DNA from: Pelagomonas calceolata
Lineage: Eukaryota
Direction: 5' to 3'
Assembly: GCA_918797485.1 (NCBI GenBank)
Contig: CAKKNE010000004.1
Span: forward strand, 3,286,001 to 3,350,000
DNA: 64,000 nucleotides
Part shown: piece by piece, positions 58,630 through 64,000 of the stretch
How positions within the stretch are numbered: position 1 is the stretch's first letter
Layout of the letters: every line of letters begins with the position of its first letter
Made by a program: the position numbers and the translations under genes
Notes under the pieces: generated by a model
What the model saw: only the letters and a program-made list of their open reading frames with translations
What the model was told of the DNA's origin: nothing
The model's database searches: none

Positions 58630-60213
58630 ATGCCGGGACGCGCTAGGAGTAATAGCTTCAAGGTCTGCGCCGCCCTGCTGGCCGGCGGCGCGAAGGCGCT
58701 CGTCGCGCCGCAGCAGCCGCGTTCAAAAGCCACCGCATTACGTGCGGCGATGAGCGAACCCGAGGAAAGCCCAGAAGCATGTAGAGCCAGAGCCCTAACG
58801 GAAGAATACGCCGAGACCAAGACGAGCGACGACGCCGTCTTCGCGGAGCTCTGGGAGCGCGTCTCCAAGTCTAGGAGTGACGCCGTCCGGCAGGACCGAT
58901 TAACCGCCTCAAACTGGAGGAGGGGCGCCCACGACCGATTAGCTGCCGTGGAGCTCGAGGACACGCGGGTCTGCCAAACTAGATTATCTGGACGGACAGT
59001 GGCCTTCGGCACGGCGGCCGGCATCGTCGTGTTAGTAGACCTCGAGGCCGGGACCGTCTTAGACGGCTTCGACGCGCATACGGATGAGATCACGGCCCTG
59101 GAGTGGGCCGGGTCGGAAAAGCTCATCTCCGGAGGCGCGGACGGCGCGGTAGTCGTCTACAGCCCGTCGCGGTGCGGCGAATCGTCGTTGTTTGAATTAG
59201 TAGAAGTTGATGATTTTGAGGACGACTTCGACGAAGACGAGGAGGACGCTGGAGTACTAGATTCTTTATATGATGCCCTGGACGCGCTGCAAGACGGCCA
59301 CGACGCCGACGCCGACGCGGCGCTCGCACGGGCGGCGCTCTTCGGCGGCGACTACTACCCCGTCCCAAAAGATGATAGGATCATCATCGAGCACCAGCGG
59401 GACCGGGCGGACGTCGCCGACGTACTTGGGGAGATGACCGAGGCGCCCGAATCGGACGGCGAGCCCGACGTTGTACTAAGGGGCCATTCGGCGCGGGTGA
59501 CCGGAGTCCGCGCTTTGGACGCGAAAGCGTCAAAAGTACTATCAGCTTCCTTGGACCGGCGGGTGCTGCTCTGGGACGTCGAGCAGGGCGACTGTCGAGA
59601 GGTCGCGGTCGCGCCGTCGGCCATCTGCTGCCTCGCGGTGGCGGACGGCGTCGCGGTCGTAGGGTTGTTGGACGGTTCCGTGGAGGGCTACGACCTCGAG
59701 GATGGCTCTAGGGTTTTCAGGCTAGAGGACGCGCACGAGGGCGCCGTCCGCAGCGTCCACTTCGGCGACGATGGCGCTTCGCCGCTCGACGACACCGACG
59801 CCGGGCCGCGCGGACGGTTGCTGTGCACGGGCGGCGCCGACGGCGTCGTCAAGTGCTACACCATGCGCGGTGGCGCCGACGGTGAGCCTTTGCAACCACA
59901 GAAGGCCGATGGCTGCCCCCTCGAAGCTGAGGACGTGCCGATTCACTTTCGCGGGAGGCGTTCCGGAGCCCACGCGCTCCGGGGCCACGCCGGCGCCGTC
60001 GTCGCGGTGCAGGCCGACGACACCAAATTGGTCTCGGCGTCCATCGACGGGTCGGTCCGGTGCTGGGACCTGCGGACGGGCGCGCAGCTGTTTGCGCTCG
60101 ACGGCCACTCGCGGCACATCACGTCCTTGCACTTCGAAGGACCTTTGTTGGTGAGCGATGGGACTGGAGGGAATGTGGTGGTGCATGACTTCTCGGGCAA
60201 GGTGCGGAGTTGA
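58630..60213 (+). CDS. WD40-repeat protein, possibly plastid-targeted
   Basis: AHTDEITAL..ISGGADG; GHSARVT..SASLDRRVLLWD; AHEGAV..TGGADG; GHAGAV..SASIDGSVRCWD. Leader ALLAGGAKA-LVAP. Confidence 0.88.
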   Translation: MPGRARSNSFKVCAALLAGGAKALVAPQQPRSKATALRAAMSEPEESPEACRARALTEEYAETKTSDDAVFAELWERVSKSRSDAVRQDRLTASNWRRGAHDRLAAVELEDTRVCQTRLSGRTVAFGTAAGIVVLVDLEAGTVLDGFDAHTDEITALEWAGSEKLISGGADGAVVVYSPSRCGESSLFELVEVDDFEDDFDEDEEDAGVLDSLYDALDALQDGHDADADAALARAALFGGDYYPVPKDDRIIIEHQRDRADVADVLGEMTEAPESDGEPDVVLRGHSARVTGVRALDAKASKVLSASLDRRVLLWDVEQGDCREVAVAPSAICCLAVADGVAVVGLLDGSVEGYDLEDGSRVFRLEDAHEGAVRSVHFGDDGASPLDDTDAGPRGRLLCTGGADGVVKCYTMRGGADGEPLQPQKADGCPLEAEDVPIHFRGRRSGAHALRGHAGAVVAVQADDTKLVSASIDGSVRCWDLRTGAQLFALDGHSRHITSLHFEGPLLVSDGTGGNVVVHDFSGKVRS

Positions 60214-60273
60214 CCCTTCGTAGCCATTTGATTATAAGCTGTGTTCATACTACTAGTATTTTCAAACAACAAG

Positions 60274-60798
60274 TTACTCCTTTTCCTTCACCAGCGCCTT
60301 CGCCTTCGCCATGAACGACCCGTCATCCTCAAATGCATGGGTCCCACCCGTGCCCTTCGCGATCGCGTCGCGTTTCGCCTTCGCGTCCTTCTTCTTCCTT
60401 CGTTTCGCGGCGTTCTTCGCTGTCCGCGCTTCGCACTCCTTGCGCTTCGCCTCGACGCGCTCCGCGTGCTCTCGATCTCTTCGCTGCTTCTCGTCGTCGG
60501 CGTCGAGCTGCTCCTGGCGTTTTTGCTCCGTGCGGCGGTGCCGCCGGTAGATGTGGAAATCAGACGAACCAGCACCCGCCTGCGACCCCATCACATTATC
60601 GACACGCTCCGTCCGGAGGCGCGGCGGCGGCGCGTCTCCCTCCGCAGCCGGCGCCGCTGCGGACGGGTCGATCTCCGCCGACGCGGCCACCGCTTCTTTC
60701 ACGTCGCCGCCGGGCACCACCGCCACTGCCTCGGTGGCTGGGTCCTTCTTGGCGCCGCCGCCGGCCATAATTCGGAGGCCGCCCTGGCTCGTAGCCAT
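60274..60798 (-). CDS. PRKRIP1: PRKR-interacting protein 1 (DUF1168) homolog
   Basis: RVDNVMGSQAGAGSSDFHIYRRHRRTE...TAKNAAKRRKKK. Confidence 0.9.
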   Translation of the reverse strand: MATSQGGLRIMAGGGAKKDPATEAVAVVPGGDVKEAVAASAEIDPSAAAPAAEGDAPPPRLRTERVDNVMGSQAGAGSSDFHIYRRHRRTEQKRQEQLDADDEKQRRDREHAERVEAKRKECEARTAKNAAKRRKKKDAKAKRDAIAKGTGGTHAFEDDGSFMAKAKALVKEKE

Positions 60799-60975
60799 CG
60801 CGGTAGCGTGGGTGAGATGCTATTGTCCTGCGCACTGATTGCGCAGGCCTGGGCGAGAGTTCCTCGTGCGCAGCGTGGCAGCGCGCAGGCGTGGGTGAGA
60901 GCTGCTCCTCGTGAGCAGCGCAGGCGTAACACAGGTCTTGTGGGCTGCAAAAACCAAGTTAGGGTTTTGCAGCTT

Positions 60976-61166
60976 GCTAGTGTGTTACATGCCGCTAGCC
61001 CGAAGGCCACGCTTTGCCGACGCAACACGCCCGGGTCTACGTGGTCCTGTCTCGAGGTATCGCCACACTGTGAAATAAGCCGCAAACTGACGCGGAAACC
61101 GGTCGCGCGCCGCGGTATAAAAGACCTCTGATTTTCCAGGATTATCAATCGATTGGCGCTTGCCGC
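60976..61166 (+). repeat. ~190-bp promoter-associated dispersed repeat, copy 2 (starts with motif GCTAGTGTGTTACATGCCGCTAGC)
   Basis: Colinear with the reverse complement of 25941-26137; one 37-nt block is 35/37 identical. Confidence 0.8.
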
Positions 61167-62112
61167 TCGCGCAAGCATAAATAGGAGAGTGCAAGTAAAA
61201 TGCTCATATCGGTACTCACGGCCATCGTCGTCGCGGCGGCGGCCGATCGCGCACGAAACGAGACATACTGCGGGCGCGCGGGCAGAGGGAGTTTCCGGTG
61301 CCGAGGCCGCGGCCGCATACCAGCTTGACCGCCGCGGCTCGAGATACCCTCGCGAGTTCACGTCTAGACTCAAGTCACTCGCGAACGACGCGCGGCTCCG
61401 CGCCTGGTACGCCGAGAATCTGGACGAGGTCTGGCACCCCAAGGTCCGACCGTCGCTCCTTGGATTTTTCGCGCGACACATCCGCCGGCCCGGCACGGTG
61501 CTCAATGGGCGCATGTGGGCCGCGACGGCGCATCGCCAATCAACACGCCGCGCGCGACGTGTGATCGCTACGTATCGCTTGCGCGGCGGCCCGCAGTTCG
61601 ACGATCGACGCCAGGCGCTCGAAGTTGCTCAGACGCTACCCGATTACCACACGGGCCCCGTGGGCGAAGGTGGGTGGCTCAAGGCCCTCGGCGAGGCCTC
61701 GCACGTGCTCTGCGTCCACGGCGGCGGTAATGACCTGAACCCGCGGCTCTTCGAAGCATTGTGGATGGGCGCGCTGGATCTCGGCCTCGTCAAGGACTCG
61801 ACGGACGCCGCGATGCTTCGGGGACGCGGCCCGTTCGAGACGACGATGAGTTTTGGCGGCCGCGACGCGGCTTCGAGCTTCGGCGACGCGAGCGCGATCG
61901 TCGGCGCCATCGTCGACATGACCGTCGCGGCGGACGCGAAGTACTTCGTCGGCGGTATGGGCATCTCGACCTTTGACAGGGGCGTCGTCGACATGCGGAG
62001 CACGCGGGACCAGTACCGCGCGGCGCCGGCGACGCCCGCGAACTGCACCTTCATGGTCCGGCGCCACCGCGGGCAGGAGCCGTCGCTCCGGCACTTTACG
62101 TCGTTTCCGTGA
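61153..62112 (+). CDS. Glycosyltransferase-like chimeric or partial ORF (exostosin-like + O-FucT-like C-terminus); start unresolved, may be a pseudogene
   Basis: LRAWYAENLD..HPK; VLCVHGGGNDLNPRLFEAL; AIVDMTVAADAKYFVG...STF. No convincing ATG or signal anchor. Confidence 0.45.
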   Translation: MALAARASINRRVQVKCSYRYSRPSSSRRRPIAHETRHTAGARAEGVSGAEAAAAYQLDRRGSRYPREFTSRLKSLANDARLRAWYAENLDEVWHPKVRPSLLGFFARHIRRPGTVLNGRMWAATAHRQSTRRARRVIATYRLRGGPQFDDRRQALEVAQTLPDYHTGPVGEGGWLKALGEASHVLCVHGGGNDLNPRLFEALWMGALDLGLVKDSTDAAMLRGRGPFETTMSFGGRDAASSFGDASAIVGAIVDMTVAADAKYFVGGMGISTFDRGVVDMRSTRDQYRAAPATPANCTFMVRRHRGQEPSLRHFTSFP

Positions 62113-62229
62113 TGAGTATCTATCACGTCTCGGCGGCAGCGGCGACTCGTCGTAAGTAGCTTTTATGTCTGTCCGCATATCGACAGCGTTCCACTAGCGG
62201 TACATTAGTCGGAGCCGGTTTGGACGCTT

Positions 62230-62253
62230 GTTAGCGTACATAAAGACACTAGC
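62230..62253. promoter_or_regulatory. CTAG-bracketed motif variant (GTTAGCGTACATAAAGACACTAGC)
   Basis: About 160 nt upstream of ATG 62411. Confidence 0.5.
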
Positions 62254-62410
62254 AAAAATCTGTGAGAGCAAAAACAGGCTCTGTGGTCTGTTTCGCGTGC
62301 GCAGGCGCGCTTTGATACTTCAGCCTTACGGAGACTGTTGCTGCCGTATTTGTCTCGCTGCCCACAACTTCCCCGGCTCCAATCGGTGCGGTACTCGCGA
62401 CAATAAGCCA

Positions 62411-63577
62411 ATGGCACGGCTGCTCCTCACATGGCTCGCCTGTCACGCGACCGCCCTGGTCCCACCGACAAAGCACAAACAGCGCCTGACCGTCGCGCAC
62501 AACGTCGCCTCGGCGAAGCCGAACGCCAGGAACGCAAAATATGTGGACCAGCTCTTAGACGTGGCGGCGGGAACCGATCGGGGCGTCAGGGCCAAGGAGG
62601 GCACGCGCAACATCATCGACGGGCTGATCGCGCGGCTTGAGCGCTCGTACAAGGGCACGGACGCGTCCGAGACGCCCGAGTGGCTGTATAGGGACAGCGA
62701 GGTCGTCTACGTCGGCCAGCGGTCGAGCAAGCGCGCGAATGCCGCGGGCGGAAGATTTCGGGGCCGCGTCGGGCGGCTGCTCTTCCGGACGACGGCATTG
62801 TACCAGCACATCCAGCGGGACGGCGAAAGTCTAAGAGCGGTCAACGCGAACCGCTTCCGCTTCCTCGGCTTGCTGCCGGGCTGCGCCGTGCTCCGGGGCT
62901 CCGCCGAGAAGGAGAATGACTTGGAAGCGCTCTCGGCGAAGTTCGACCGGAAACTCTCCGAGAACACGCTCCGCGCGTCGTTCGAGCGGCCGAAAATCGC
63001 CTTCGGGCCTCTGGTCTGTGAGGCCGGGCCCGCGTCGGTGGTGCGCCTCGACACGACGTACCTCGACGACCGCGTTTGGCCACCGTGTGGAACACAAGTT
63101 GGTGATCGCGATCGAGGAGGAGCACTCTTTTGTGGGATGTTGACCTCGCAAGGACTGATATGCGACAGGAAGCTCCGTACGGGGCACACCGAGATCGAGA
63201 GACGCGACAGACACGCGCGCGCCTCCCGCCCCCGCTCCTGCCGATCTTGTTACGCGCAGGTCCGCATCTCGCGCGGCGGCTCGTCGGGCACGCCGTTCGT
63301 CTTCCGCGCGTGTTCGGACACGGACACGCGCAAGGACGCCTGGAAGCGCGTCGCCGAGGCAACGCCGGTCTCCGCGAAAACGGCGGGTGTCGGCGTCGGC
63401 GCGCTGGCCGCTGTTGCAGCGGGCACCGCCGCGCGAATCGGGACCAAGAACATCGCATTTGCGCCTGCTGTGGTCCTCGCCCTTGCTTCCGCCAAGCTCT
63501 TGACGAGCACTGGAGGAATAGTAGTCACACGCGACCCCGCGGTGGCGTCGTACAAGAATGCGGGCAAGGGGGGCTGA
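62411..63577 (+). CDS. Plastid PAP/fibrillin-domain protein; exons 62411-63073, 63260-63577 (326 aa)
   Basis: Signal peptide + ATA-LVPP leader; LLDVAAGTDRG...IARLE; splicing restores LDTTYLDDR|VRISRGGSSGTPFVF. Confidence 0.85.
   Translation: MARLLLTWLACHATALVPPTKHKQRLTVAHNVASAKPNARNAKYVDQLLDVAAGTDRGVRAKEGTRNIIDGLIARLERSYKGTDASETPEWLYRDSEVVYVGQRSSKRANAAGGRFRGRVGRLLFRTTALYQHIQRDGESLRAVNANRFRFLGLLPGCAVLRGSAEKENDLEALSAKFDRKLSENTLRASFERPKIAFGPLVCEAGPASVVRLDTTYLDDRVWPPCGTQVGDRDRGGALFCGMLTSQGLICDRKLRTGHTEIERRDRHARASRPRSCRSCYAQVRISRGGSSGTPFVFRACSDTDTRKDAWKRVAEATPVSAKTAGVGVGALAAVAAGTAARIGTKNIAFAPAVVLALASAKLLTSTGGIVVTRDPAVASYKNAGKGG
63074..63259 (+). mobile_element. In-frame 186-nt intron, degenerate introner
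   Basis: GT..CAG; CCGTGTGGAA 9 nt after the donor resembles the TIR CTGTGTGGAA; 3' end CTTGTTACGCGCAG is partially complementary to it. Confidence 0.65.
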
Positions 63578-63690
63578 GTACTACACATTTGTCTGCTAAC
63601 CATCGAGTGTGCGCGATTCCACGAGCCGACGACGGACTTGACGACGGCGACGTACGTACAAAAAAAGACATGTGCCAGTGGCGGGTACAT

Positions 63691-64000
63691 TCACACATCC
63701 TTACACAGTTCCATCTGCTGCTCGATGGCCGCGGCGAGCGGCGCGACAGCCTCGCCGGGCAGGTCGTGCTTCGAGCAAAACGCCACCGCCACCGCCTCGG
63801 GCACGTCGCCCTCGCAGACGCGGATCGTGCCGACGCCGTCGACCGTCAGCTCGAAGAGCACGCACGAGGTCTCGCCGCGGTCCCCGGTGAGCGCCACGTG
63901 CGTTTCGGGAAAGAGCGGCACCGTCGACCGCGCGTTCTTCTCGTCGCGAAAAGATGGCCGCGCGAACGCGCAAAAAAACACGAGGCGGTCCTCGTCGGAC
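63691..64000 (-). CDS. C-terminal part of a hypothetical protein (runs off window)
   Basis: Frame open to the window edge; LFELTVDGVGTIRVCEGDVPEAVAVAFCSKHDL. Confidence 0.6.
   Translation of the reverse strand, partial: SDEDRLVFFCAFARPSFRDEKNARSTVPLFPETHVALTGDRGETSCVLFELTVDGVGTIRVCEGDVPEAVAVAFCSKHDLPGEAVAPLAAAIEQQMELCKDV

Noticed and set aside
60551..60562. ATGTGGAAATCA resembling the introner TIR
   Set aside because: It is the antisense of the conserved SDFHI codons of PRKRIP1; no partner TIR or TSD.
60945..60981. Hairpin GCTGCAAAA...TTTTGCAGC followed by CTAG|T, resembling a Helitron 3' end
   Set aside because: The spacing is atypically short, most motif copies lack such a hairpin, and the conserved sequence continues past the CTAG instead of ending there.

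Overview
Eukaryotic, GC-rich, gene-dense and intron-poor nuclear DNA, most consistent with a pelagophyte alga (Pelagomonas/Aureococcus type; inferred from composition, plastid-type leader peptides and introner-like introns). I can support about 38 protein-coding genes. They include a p23 co-chaperone, a SMARCAL1-like helicase, an ABCC transporter, Sas10/Utp3, RRP45, PRKRIP1, a PAP-fibrillin, an O-fucosyltransferase-like protein, a PHOSPHO-type phosphatase and a RING ligase. I saw no rRNA, tRNA or CRISPR. The most striking signals are non-coding. (1) Introner-type introns: two in one EF-hand gene have terminal inverted repeats and 8-bp target-site duplications that supply the GT donor; two more introns look like decayed relatives. 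(2) A 20-25 bp CTAG-bracketed motif (GCTAGTRTSTTACA-n-CGCTAGC) occurs about 12 times in full plus 2 half-sites, only in upstream or divergent intergenic regions. (3) A ~190-bp dispersed repeat starts at that motif and points into a gene start in both copies. (4) A separate ~100-bp repeat occurs three times, only between convergent gene ends. (5) A MITE-like hairpin and a 27-bp long-range inverted repeat. Unusual proteins include two bacterial-type Cache sensor genes (one fused to a flavin-reductase-like domain) and a CH-CH / pseudo-M20 peptidase / CAP fusion. All domain calls are by-eye motif recognition; no database search was run.
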